Of a stretch of 64,000 nucleotides of DNA, positions 10,596 through 19,692 are shown piece by piece. Source of the stretch: Eubacteriales bacterium (GTDB lineage: Bacteria; Bacillota; Clostridia; Oscillospirales; CAG-272); contig JAZUKN010000041.1 in NCBI GenBank assembly GCA_045643285.1, positions 666-64,665 on the forward strand. Reading direction: 5' to 3'. The stretch's first letter is position 1; the number at the start of each line of letters is the position of its first letter. A model generated the notes under the pieces. That model was not told the origin of the DNA. It did no database searches and was given only the letters and a program-made list of their open reading frames with translations. The position numbers and the translations under genes were made by a program.

Positions 10596-12506
10596 TTATT
10601 TTACCAGCTCATCTACGCTCTTTTTCCGTTTTTCCGGCGTTGCGGCAGGGAAATATCTCTCCGTGTCGCCGAGCAGGATATATTCGCCGTCTGTGTCCTC
10701 CTTTATCGGGAACAGCGAGTACGCGCGGACTTCGTTCTTTCCGAGCGAGAGTGATATTTTCGTTTCAGCCGATACGCGGGCGTATGTTTTCGTGAAGTAT
10801 TCGTAAGCGACATACTCTTTTTCACCGTCGATCTCGGGGATCACGGAAAGAGCAAATGTTTCGTCGGCTTTTTCATAGTTCGGATTGAACACAGCGAGCG
10901 CGAGGCAGTCGTTATATCTGTTATAGACCTTGAACGGCACGTTTTCGGTCTTCACGTCGCGGTATATTTCATCAGCGGTCGGCAGTCCTGCGTGATCAAA
11001 CATCTCGAGCTGTCCGTTCTTGCCGCAGATCGGGTAAATATTCTCGGCATTCGTCACACCGAGCGCATCGCTGACGTATACAGGTCCACCCGATATCGCG
11101 CGCAAAAGTCCGCTTTCGACTGGATTTGAGCGTCCCGACCACCACATATCGTAGTCGCAGTGGTATAATTCCGAATGCCACAGCGCGTTGTATGCGTTCT
11201 GCGTGAGGTGCTTGAAGAATCCGTTAGGATTGTTCGGATAGAAGTCGTCCGACGAGCGTGTGACTGCCGTATACGGACGGGACAGGGCGTTCGCCATATC
11301 CATACCCATACAGTCGATAGCGACGCCGCCGAAATGCTTGTCGATCGAGCGTTCTATCGCTTCGTGCAGGTGGCGCGTACCGGAAGACGAAGACACAGCT
11401 CCGCCGAGATAATAGAACGCGCTCGACTGGTTGTCGACCTTTACGAAGTCCACTCCACAGCTTTCGAGGTATCCGTGCCAGTCGTCCCAGAAGCGGAACG
11501 CCTTCTCGCTGTCGTCCGACGGAATGAGCATCTTCTTAAGCTCTTCTCTCCCGGGAACACAGCTCGACCACTGGAAGCAGTCGGCGTAATCCTTTGCGAG
11601 CTTGCTGTCGGGATCGATTCCGAACCACCAATAGTTCAGAGTATGCCAGATACCGACGTACTTCACGCCGTATTCTTCCTTGATGCGGCGGATGCACTCC
11701 TTCAGCCCCTCGGGGAACTTTTTCCTGTCCTCAGTCATTGAGACGAGCTGTTCTTTTTCGGTGACATTCGCCCAGCCGTCGTCAATGATCATCCACGTCA
11801 CGGGGACGTTCTTTTTCTTGAACTCATCGAGCTTTTCGTAAAGCCCGGCGGATGACACATCGTGGTAGAACGTGTTCCATGAGCAGTAGCCGAAGCCGCG
11901 GAACATACGCGGAAGCGGTCTTGACTCTACAAGCGGTACTCTGATCCCTCCGAGAGACGACGCACCGCGATAGCATTTCTTGATCGCCGTATACGGATCG
12001 TCAGCCGACGTAACAGCGAGGAAAGAGCCGTTAAGATCGCATGACGGTACTCTGTTGCCGAAGTGGAGACCGTTCATATCCCATTCCGTGCGGATGCCGT
12101 CGCCGAGGAGCATAGTGAAGTTGTAGTGCTTCTCTCCGCGGTGGACGAGCATATTCGACACAGTGTACGGGAATTCAGCCGCGCTCTTCGGGAACGACGG
12201 ATAGAGCCAATACACCGTGCCGTAGTCAAGCGCGGAGGCTATTATTTCGTCCTTTTCGTCAAACGACGGCGCAAATGTGATCGAAAACCGCTCGTCAAGC
12301 GTGTTTTCCGAATGAAAATCGGCGAAGAACACGGCAGTCTCGCCGTCCGTCCGCACAGTGACCGAACCGGTGACGCCCTCTCCGGTGTATGTCCAGCCGT
12401 CTGCCTTTTCGGATTTCGTGAGCATTATTATTCTGCCGTCTGCAAGGTTAATTTCTGCGTCCATTCCCGAAAGGAACGACGCGGCTTTTTTAATGATTTC
12501 GTTCAT
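10596..12506 (-). CDS. Raffinose synthase/Sip1-like alpha-galactosidase (GH36 clan)
   Basis: FGYCSWNTFY, IIDDGW, GVDFVKVDNQ, RSSDDFYP, DYDMW and AISGGPVYVSD motifs. Confidence 0.88.
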   Translation of the reverse strand: MNEIIKKAASFLSGMDAEINLADGRIIMLTKSEKADGWTYTGEGVTGSVTVRTDGETAVFFADFHSENTLDERFSITFAPSFDEKDEIIASALDYGTVYWLYPSFPKSAAEFPYTVSNMLVHRGEKHYNFTMLLGDGIRTEWDMNGLHFGNRVPSCDLNGSFLAVTSADDPYTAIKKCYRGASSLGGIRVPLVESRPLPRMFRGFGYCSWNTFYHDVSSAGLYEKLDEFKKKNVPVTWMIIDDGWANVTEKEQLVSMTEDRKKFPEGLKECIRRIKEEYGVKYVGIWHTLNYWWFGIDPDSKLAKDYADCFQWSSCVPGREELKKMLIPSDDSEKAFRFWDDWHGYLESCGVDFVKVDNQSSAFYYLGGAVSSSSGTRHLHEAIERSIDKHFGGVAIDCMGMDMANALSRPYTAVTRSSDDFYPNNPNGFFKHLTQNAYNALWHSELYHCDYDMWWSGRSNPVESGLLRAISGGPVYVSDALGVTNAENIYPICGKNGQLEMFDHAGLPTADEIYRDVKTENVPFKVYNRYNDCLALAVFNPNYEKADETFALSVIPEIDGEKEYVAYEYFTKTYARVSAETKISLSLGKNEVRAYSLFPIKEDTDGEYILLGDTERYFPAATPEKRKKSVDELVK

Positions 12507-12521
12507 TTTTTCTCTTCTTTC

Positions 12522-14399
12522 TCAGTCGAATTTCACTGTGACCGTATCGCCCTTTTTAATGTGTATTGATTTAACTCCGCAAAGATTCTTGTGCGGTATG
12601 TACTCGAATTTCAGTACGGAATAATCGGTGTCGTATTCTCCGGCGTTCGTGACAACGACCGTGTTTTCGTCTGTCCACTCCTCGCGGATGTCGGAATACG
12701 TCAATCCGTAACCGAATTCATAAACGAACTCGCCTTTATAGAATTTATACGTCCTGTTCTCCATTGAGTAGTCGTCAAACGGCGGCAAGTCGTCAGCGGA
12801 TGCGTAAAAGCTGACCGGAAGACGTCCGCTCGGACTGACTTCTCCGTAGAGGATATCGGCAAGAGCGTGTCCTCCCTCGGCACCCGGATAGAAGCACTGG
12901 ATGACTGCGCCGCAATGTTCTTTCGGGTAGGTGAGATCGAGACAGCTTCCGCTGATGTTCACAAGCACTGTCGGTTTACCGAGTTCAGTGATCGTGCGGA
13001 TGAGATCCTCCTGCGGTTTCGGGAACGCGAGAGACTTTTTGTCTCCGCTGAACGTGCCGTTGTATGCGTCCATCTGTTCGCCCTCTATCTCCGGCGTCAG
13101 ACCGACACACAGTACAACAACATCCGCCTGTTTTGCGGCGATTATCGCGTCCTTTCGCGGATCCTCAGCCCACGACGGGAAGCCCTCGCGGAACAGGTGC
13201 GAACCCTCTGCGTAGAATACTTCTCCCTCTGCCGCGTCCTGTATGCCGCGGAGGAATGTCGAATATCTCGACGGCGTGCCGTTGTAGTTACCGAGAAGCA
13301 CGCATTTTGCGTCGGCGTTCGGACCGATGACCGCGATCTTCTTCTTTTTATCAAGCGGAAGTACGCCGTCGTTTTTGAGCAGAACCATGCTCTTCTGCGC
13401 CATTCTGCGGTTCAGCGCACGGTGCTTTTCGCACTCGACTACGGAATACGGGATACTGTCGTATTCGCAGTCGTCGTCGAACATTCCGAGGCGGAAACGC
13501 GCGGTAAACAACAGCTCAACTGCGTGAGTGATAGTTTCTTCCGATACAAGCCCTTTTTCGACTGCTTCGCCGAGGTCGCGGTATACGTAGCCGCAGTTGA
13601 GGTCGCATCCGCTGTTCACGGCAAGTGCGGCAGACTCAAACTGCTCGTAAGTTGCGTGGTGCGCGGAATGGATGTCGGCAAGTGCGCCGCAGTCGGAGAC
13701 GACGTAGCCGTCGAACCCCAGCTCTCCGCGCAGAATATCGCCGAGCAGCTTCCGGCTCGCACAGCAGATCTCACCGTTTACGCTGTTGTACGCGCCCATG
13801 ACAGCCGACGGATGCGCGTGCTCGATAACATAGCGGAACGCTTCGAGATAGGTTTCGTAAAAGTCCTTTTCGCTCATTTTCGAGTCGAAGCCATGGCGTG
13901 TGGCTTCCGGTCCGCTGTGCGCGACAAAATGCTTGACAGTCGCGTCGACCTTGCGGTATTTCCCGTCTCCCTGGAGTCCCTTGACAAACGCCGTACCCAT
14001 TATCGACGTGAGATACGGGTCTTCGCCGTAAGTTTCCTGTCCGCGTCCCCAGCGAGGATCACGGAAAATATTGATATTCGGCGACCAGAACGTCAGTCCC
14101 TCGTACTGCGCCGTCGCGCCGATCTTTCTGTATTCGTTGTATTTCGCTCTCGCTTCGTCCGATATAGCTGTCGCAACTTCATAAATCGCATCCGTGTCAA
14201 ACGTTGCCGCCATGCCTATAGCCTGTGGAAATACCGTCGCAGGGCCGGAGCGCGCAACACCGTGGAGGCACTCGTTCCACCAGTCGTACGCAGGCACGCC
14301 GAGCCGCTCTATTGCAGGTGCTTCGTAGCACATCTGCGCGATTTTTTCGTCAAGCGTCATTTTCGAGACAAGTTCTTTTGCTCTTTCTGCAAATGTCAT
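12522..14399 (-). CDS. GH3 beta-xylosidase/beta-glucosidase
   Basis: WWNECLHG, WSPNINIFRDPRWGRGQETYGEDP, KHF and YVVSDC motifs. Confidence 0.92.
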   Translation of the reverse strand: MTFAERAKELVSKMTLDEKIAQMCYEAPAIERLGVPAYDWWNECLHGVARSGPATVFPQAIGMAATFDTDAIYEVATAISDEARAKYNEYRKIGATAQYEGLTFWSPNINIFRDPRWGRGQETYGEDPYLTSIMGTAFVKGLQGDGKYRKVDATVKHFVAHSGPEATRHGFDSKMSEKDFYETYLEAFRYVIEHAHPSAVMGAYNSVNGEICCASRKLLGDILRGELGFDGYVVSDCGALADIHSAHHATYEQFESAALAVNSGCDLNCGYVYRDLGEAVEKGLVSEETITHAVELLFTARFRLGMFDDDCEYDSIPYSVVECEKHRALNRRMAQKSMVLLKNDGVLPLDKKKKIAVIGPNADAKCVLLGNYNGTPSRYSTFLRGIQDAAEGEVFYAEGSHLFREGFPSWAEDPRKDAIIAAKQADVVVLCVGLTPEIEGEQMDAYNGTFSGDKKSLAFPKPQEDLIRTITELGKPTVLVNISGSCLDLTYPKEHCGAVIQCFYPGAEGGHALADILYGEVSPSGRLPVSFYASADDLPPFDDYSMENRTYKFYKGEFVYEFGYGLTYSDIREEWTDENTVVVTNAGEYDTDYSVLKFEYIPHKNLCGVKSIHIKKGDTVTVKFD

Positions 14400-14401
14400 A
14401 A

Positions 14402-15271
14402 TTATGTCCTTTCCGGCTCGCAGACGTATGCCCGATAGCCGTGTTTTTTTATCATTTCAGCCGCGTTTTCGCATTCTTCACGGCTTTCGTACAGCCCGAA
14501 CACCGTGGGACCGCTTCCGCTCATCTGTACCGCCGACGCTCCGAACGACGAAAGAAGTCGTTTTACCTCAGCCGCGCGTTCGTTTATCGGCAGGATGACG
14601 GATTCAAAATCGTTGTGCAGTTTTTCGGGGAGTGAGCCGTTCTGTAATGCTTCAACGACCTCCCCGACAGCACATCCGCACGGGATAGTGCCTGCTTCGT
14701 CGATCAGTCGGTATGCCTCGGGTGTCGATACTCCTCCGCCCGGTGAAACGAGCAGAACGCTGTATTCTGCCGCAGAGTCAATCCGCGTCAGCTTTTCGCC
14801 GATCCCCTCGCAAAGCGCGCTTCCCCCGACAAGGCAGAACGGAATATCCGCACCGACTGACGCGCCGAGCGAGATCATCGTTTCTTCATCAGCATTTGTC
14901 TCGAGAAGTTCGTCAAGCAGTCTCAAAACAGCCGCACCGTCCGTAGAGCCGCCTGCAAGACCGCCGGAAACGGGGATTTTCTTTTCAATATGTATCTCTG
15001 CCGCGCAGTTTTCTATCCCGAATCGCTCGAAGAACGCATACGCGCACTTCACGGCTATGTTTCGCCCGTCAGTCGGGATGCTTTCGTCTGTACAGGTGAG
15101 GACAACGGACAGACCGCGCACGCCTGTGTCTACCGAGACTGTCACCTCGTCGGCAAGCGTGACCGACTGCATAACGGACTTTATGAGGTGGTAGCCGTCG
15201 TCTCGCCGTCCGGTGACGCGCAGGTAAAGATTTATTTTCGCGTTTGCTTTTCGTGTGAGTGTTTTTATCAT
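14402..15271 (-). CDS. ispE: 4-diphosphocytidyl-2-C-methyl-D-erythritol kinase
   Basis: AKINLYL, KKIPVSGGLAGGSTD, GADIPF and MSGSGPT motifs. Confidence 0.95.
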   Translation of the reverse strand: MIKTLTRKANAKINLYLRVTGRRDDGYHLIKSVMQSVTLADEVTVSVDTGVRGLSVVLTCTDESIPTDGRNIAVKCAYAFFERFGIENCAAEIHIEKKIPVSGGLAGGSTDGAAVLRLLDELLETNADEETMISLGASVGADIPFCLVGGSALCEGIGEKLTRIDSAAEYSVLLVSPGGGVSTPEAYRLIDEAGTIPCGCAVGEVVEALQNGSLPEKLHNDFESVILPINERAAEVKRLLSSFGASAVQMSGSGPTVFGLYESREECENAAEMIKKHGYRAYVCEPERT

Positions 15272-15272
15272 A

Positions 15273-16421
15273 TCAGCGTATTATTTTTATGAAAATGTTT
15301 TGTTTTACTCCGACCGCGCCTATCGGGCAAAGCTCCTGACAGCAGTAACATTTTATACAGCTGTCGCGGTGGATGACTGCACGTTTCTTTTTACCGCGCT
15401 TCTCAACGGTGATCGTGTGCTTCGGGCAGGATTCGGCGCACTTGCCGCATCCGATGCACTTGTCGGTTATCATCGGCTTTGCTTCAAACAGTCCGGCAAG
15501 CCTTCCTCCGGCAATATTCGGCAGTTTTTTCAGTATAAATCCTGCTGACGCATCCGGTTTTTTGAAGTCAAACGTCGGATAGTCGGTCAGTCCGACAACG
15601 TTTATCTTATCGGCAGAGCGCTCGACGAGTCCTCTTTCAGCCGCCGCATTGAGGTGTATCGTCTCTCCCTCGACTCCGATCATTCTTTCCGCGACAACGT
15701 CCAGTGCGAAAGTCGAGCGCGAGATGAGAACGATGTCGGTTTTTTTCGGCGTGCCGTGCGTCGGTCCGTTGCCCTCCATTGACAAAATGCCGTCGCAGAT
15801 CGCTATGAGCTTTTTCTCAGCCATAACGTAAGACGCGAGATCGACGAGCATTTCGGAAAAGTCCTCGATATTCGGAAAATTCGAGTGCATCTCAAACTTC
15901 TCAACACCGGGGATAAGTCCGAAGAGATTCTTCGTTGCGGCGGAAAGCCCCGTCAACGAATGGGATTTGAGCTTACAAAGGTCGATTATCACGTCCGCGT
16001 CGAAAAACGGCTTTATGATGTGCAGATTTTTGAGCCGCCGCCCGTCCATGTGCACGCTCTCGAACGTGAAATCGTCGTTGAGCTTAAGTTTATCGGACGC
16101 AAGCGGCGCCATTTCGCAAACGCGGTACGTGTTTCCGAGGTTCAGCGCATTGTACTGCGCGCCCGGAGATTCCGCAAGCACGATTCTCTCCGCGCCCATT
16201 TCGTCGAGCAGGCGCACGACGGCAGAAACGAACGCCGGATGTGTGGTCGCCGCAAATTCGGGCTTTTTCGCAAGCACGAGATTCGGCTTTAGCATTATTT
16301 TCTTTCCGCGGATGTCTTCGTCCGTCACGCCGATCGAGACAAAGCTCTCTTTGAGAACGGCATATATCCGGTCGACGTCGTATGTGTCGCACCGCGCTGT
16401 GAATACGGGATAATCGTTCAT
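15273..16421 (-). CDS. DUF362-domain protein with a C-terminal 2x[4Fe-4S] ferredoxin domain
   Basis: LKPNL, KLKSH, KNLFG, MEGNGP and two CxxCxxCxxxCP motifs. Confidence 0.85.
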   Translation of the reverse strand: MNDYPVFTARCDTYDVDRIYAVLKESFVSIGVTDEDIRGKKIMLKPNLVLAKKPEFAATTHPAFVSAVVRLLDEMGAERIVLAESPGAQYNALNLGNTYRVCEMAPLASDKLKLNDDFTFESVHMDGRRLKNLHIIKPFFDADVIIDLCKLKSHSLTGLSAATKNLFGLIPGVEKFEMHSNFPNIEDFSEMLVDLASYVMAEKKLIAICDGILSMEGNGPTHGTPKKTDIVLISRSTFALDVVAERMIGVEGETIHLNAAAERGLVERSADKINVVGLTDYPTFDFKKPDASAGFILKKLPNIAGGRLAGLFEAKPMITDKCIGCGKCAESCPKHTITVEKRGKKKRAVIHRDSCIKCYCCQELCPIGAVGVKQNIFIKIIR

Positions 16422-16447
16422 GTGTACCTCGGATTGGTTCTTTTTTG

Positions 16448-16612
16448 TTGGGGTTTCACCCCAAACCCTGACTTAAGGGACTTTTTGTAAAAAGTCCATT
16501 AAGAATCCTCAAAAACTAATGTGACTTCGTTTTTATAAAGCTTTTTGAAAGTCCTTAGAAAACTTTTTCACGAAAAAGTTTTCTAAGCAGGGTTTGGGAC
16601 AGCGTCCCAACT
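16448..16612. repeat. Intergenic palindrome cluster (second REP-like family)
   Basis: TTGGGGTTTCACCCCAA, GGACTTTTTGTAAAAAGTCC, CTTAGAAAACTTTTTCACGAAAAAGTTTTCTAAG and TTGGGACAGCGTCCCAA hairpins; relatives at ~43105-43225 and 49468-49525. Confidence 0.65.
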
Positions 16613-16692
16613 GAACTGCGTCCATTATACCACATAATCGCGCCGCGTGCAACAAAAAATCCCACGGCTTAGTACCGTGGGATTTGTTTTGC

Positions 16693-18477
16693 TTATTTCG
16701 AGAGACGGGATTCGAGTCCTTCAAGCTCTTCTTTGAGTTCAGCCGGTACTCTGTCGCCGATCATCGCGTAGAATTCCTTGATGTTTTCAACATCGGCGAG
16801 CCAGCTTTCGCGGTCTACCGTGAGAAGCGTGCGGATCGTGTCGGTGTTTACGCCGTCGAGACCTTCAACATTGATGTCTTCCGGCTTCGGAACGTATCCG
16901 ATAGGTGTGAGGTCTGCGTCGACCTTGCCTTCGCAACGAGCGAGGATCCAGAGAAGAACACGGAGGTTTTCGCCGTAGCCGGGCCAGATGAATTCGCCTT
17001 CGTCATCGGTGCGGAACCAGTTGACGTGGAAGATCTTCGGTGCGTGCGGGATCTTCTTGCCCATGTCGAGCCAGTGTGCGAAGTAGTCGCCCATGTCGTA
17101 GCCTGCGAACGGACGCATAGCCATCGGGTCGCGGCGAACAACGCCTACAGCACCGGAAGCGGCTGCCGTTGTCTCGGACGCCATGATAGAGCCGACGAAC
17201 GTACCGTTCTGCCACGATGTGGACTGGTAAACCAGCGGAGCGGTCTTCGCGCGTCTGCCGCCGAATACGATAGCGGAGATCGGAACACCTGCCGGATTAT
17301 TGAATTCTTTCGAGAGGCACGGGCAGTTGATCGCTTTGGCTGTAAATCTGGAGTTCGGGTGTGCGCCGGACGTGCCGACCTTGTCGTTCTTGTCGTACTT
17401 TGTGTAATCCCACTTTTCGCCGCGCCAGTTTTCGGCGTTCTTCGGCGGATCGTTGTCGAGTCTTTCCCACCATACGGTGTTGTCGTCGAGATTGTGGCAT
17501 ACGTTTGTGAAGATAGCGTCTCTCATGCAGGTTGCGAGAGCGTTCGGGTTCGATTTGTCGTTCGTGCCGGGTGCAACGCCGAAGAAGCCGTTTTCGGGGT
17601 TGACTGCGTAAAGTCTGCCGTCTTCTCCCACTCTGAGCCATGCGATGTCGTCGCCGACCGTCCAGACCTTGTAGCCCTGCTTCTTGTATACTTCCGGCGG
17701 AATGAGCATTGCGAGGTTCGTCTTACCGCAGGCAGACGGGAATGCAGCCGAAACGTACTTCACGTCGCCGTTCGGATATTCTACGCCGAGGATGAGCATG
17801 TGCTCTGCCATCCAGCCTTCTTTTCTGCCGAGGTACGATGCGATACGGAGAGCAAAGCACTTCTTGCCGAGCAGAACGTTTCCGCCGTAACCGGAGTTGA
17901 CGGACCAGATCGTGTTGTCTTCGGGGAAGTGGCAGATATATCTGTTGTTTTCGTCGAGAGTTGCCTTGGAGTGCAGACCCTTGATGAAGTTGTCGCTGTC
18001 GCCGAGTGCTTCGAGAACGTTGTTGCCCACTCTTGTCATGATGAGCATATTGAGTACAACGTAAATGGAGTCGGTAAGCTCGATGCCGTACTTTGCAAAG
18101 TCGGAGCCGACTATACCCATGGAGTACGGGATAACGTACATCGTTCTGCCCTTCATAGAGCCGCGATAGAGCTTTTTCAGTCTGTCGTAGCATTCGCCGG
18201 GCTCTATCCAGTTGTTGATGTTGCCGGCGTCTTCTTTCTTTCTTGTGCAGATGAACGTGCGTCCCTCAACACGTGCAACGTCGTTTACAGCCGTGCGGTG
18301 GAGGTAGCAGCCCGGGAGTTTTTCTTCGTTCAGCTTGATCATCTCGCCTGTGGAGCAAGCCTCTTTGCGGAGTGCGTCCGCTTGTTCTTCGCTTCCGTCG
18401 ATCCAAACGATCTTATCGGGGCAGGTCATTTCCGCCATTTCGTTGATCCACGAAAGAATGTGTTTGTTGTTTGTCAT
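16693..18477 (-). CDS. pckG: Phosphoenolpyruvate carboxykinase (GTP)
   Basis: SGYGGNVLLGKKCFALR, AFPSACGKTNLAM, VGDDIAW and NPENGFFGVAPG motifs. Confidence 0.96.
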   Translation of the reverse strand: MTNNKHILSWINEMAEMTCPDKIVWIDGSEEQADALRKEACSTGEMIKLNEEKLPGCYLHRTAVNDVARVEGRTFICTRKKEDAGNINNWIEPGECYDRLKKLYRGSMKGRTMYVIPYSMGIVGSDFAKYGIELTDSIYVVLNMLIMTRVGNNVLEALGDSDNFIKGLHSKATLDENNRYICHFPEDNTIWSVNSGYGGNVLLGKKCFALRIASYLGRKEGWMAEHMLILGVEYPNGDVKYVSAAFPSACGKTNLAMLIPPEVYKKQGYKVWTVGDDIAWLRVGEDGRLYAVNPENGFFGVAPGTNDKSNPNALATCMRDAIFTNVCHNLDDNTVWWERLDNDPPKNAENWRGEKWDYTKYDKNDKVGTSGAHPNSRFTAKAINCPCLSKEFNNPAGVPISAIVFGGRRAKTAPLVYQSTSWQNGTFVGSIMASETTAAASGAVGVVRRDPMAMRPFAGYDMGDYFAHWLDMGKKIPHAPKIFHVNWFRTDDEGEFIWPGYGENLRVLLWILARCEGKVDADLTPIGYVPKPEDINVEGLDGVNTDTIRTLLTVDRESWLADVENIKEFYAMIGDRVPAELKEELEGLESRLSK

Positions 18478-18720
18478 ATTTCTTTTCTCCGTTCTACCTG
18501 AATCGGTGATATTTTATCATACTGTTCCGGAGAAGCTGTTTTGCTTGCCAACTTCTCCCCTATATTACATTATATACATTCGGGCAAGTTTTTTCAATAG
18601 TTTTTGAGAGATTTCCCGATTTTCGTCGATTCTGAGAAAAATCCCTGTTTTCCGCCGTCGTTTTTTCTCGAAAAATAACGAAAAAATGCAAAAATGTATG
18701 ATTTTTTTCACTTTATTTCC

Positions 18721-18759
18721 CGAACAGGTGTTTACAAGCACGCACAAATGTGCTATAAT
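18721..18759 (+). promoter_or_regulatory. lexA promoter with an overlapping SOS box
   Basis: CGAAC-AGGT-GTTT (Firmicute GAAC-N4-GTTY box) overlaps -35 TTTACA (18731-36); N17 spacer to TGc-TATAAT (18754-59). Confidence 0.75.
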
Positions 18760-18790
18760 AATTGCAAATCAATGTATATGGGGGTACATT

Positions 18791-19414
18791 ATGATAGAGC
18801 TTGAACCGAAAGAACAGCTTATATTCAATTATATAAAGGAAAACATCGTAAAGAACGGATACGCGCCGTCGATACGCGATATATGCTCCGCACTGAACAT
18901 CAAGAGCACGTCCACCGTCCACGTCGTGCTTGACCGACTCGAAAAGAAGGGCTACATCCGCAAAGAAAACGGCAAGAGCCGCACTCTCCGCATCGAAGGG
19001 CTGAGTCCCGAAGACGCAGGCGACGAAAACGACTTCATGCACGTGCCGGTCCTCGGACGTGTCACAGCCGGTCAGCCGATACTCGCAGTCGAGAACTTCG
19101 AGGGATACGTCTGCTTCCCGAAATCGAACAGACCGATGCCGGCAGGGGAGCTGTTCGCGCTCCGTGTCAAGGGTACGTCAATGATCGAAGCGGGCATCAT
19201 GGACGGCGACACGGTCATAGTCGAGCGCACGTCTGCCGCCGAGAACGGTGACATCGTGGTCGCGCTGATCGACGACGAAGCAACGGTCAAGACGTTCTAC
19301 AAGGAAAACGGTCACTTCCGTCTCCAGCCCGAAAACAAAACGATGCTCCCGATAATCGTCACCAGTCTGATGATTCTCGGCAAAGTCGTCGCAAGCGTAA
19401 GATATTATTCGTAA
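18791..19414 (+). CDS. lexA: SOS repressor LexA
   Basis: GYAPSIRDIC wHTH, VTAGQP cleavage site, GTSM catalytic Ser and ATVK catalytic Lys; start set at ATG 18791. Confidence 0.96.
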   Translation: MIELEPKEQLIFNYIKENIVKNGYAPSIRDICSALNIKSTSTVHVVLDRLEKKGYIRKENGKSRTLRIEGLSPEDAGDENDFMHVPVLGRVTAGQPILAVENFEGYVCFPKSNRPMPAGELFALRVKGTSMIEAGIMDGDTVIVERTSAAENGDIVVALIDDEATVKTFYKENGHFRLQPENKTMLPIIVTSLMILGKVVASVRYYS

Positions 19415-19618
19415 GAATATTCTTTCCCCGAGCGGAAAATAATAAACATGAAAGACCGGAAACGGTCTTTTTGTTTTGAGTTTGCCTCATTTTGAAAGCA
19501 TCGGCAAACCCTTTTCCGAAGTTCGACAGGATAAACAAATAAATGGTGAAAAGTTGTATAAAATGCTTAATATTTTACCATTCTATATAAAAAAATTATA
19601 GGAAATATCAAGAAACTC

Positions 19619-19647
19619 TTGAAAAAACAGTGCCGAAGTTATATAAT
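19619..19647 (+). promoter_or_regulatory. Sigma-A promoter of the glg operon
   Basis: TTGAAA-N17-TATAAT, 46 nt upstream of glgB. Confidence 0.6.
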
Positions 19648-19692
19648 CGTTATACAAGATAACCCAAAAATCAGTGAACGGAGTGACAGCAG

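Noticed and set aside
16684-18501. 605-aa plus-strand ORF and similar long antisense ORFs (12867-14438, 27707-29101, 5757-6989)
   Set aside because: Shadow frames opposite well-supported genes, produced by codon bias; they have no motifs.
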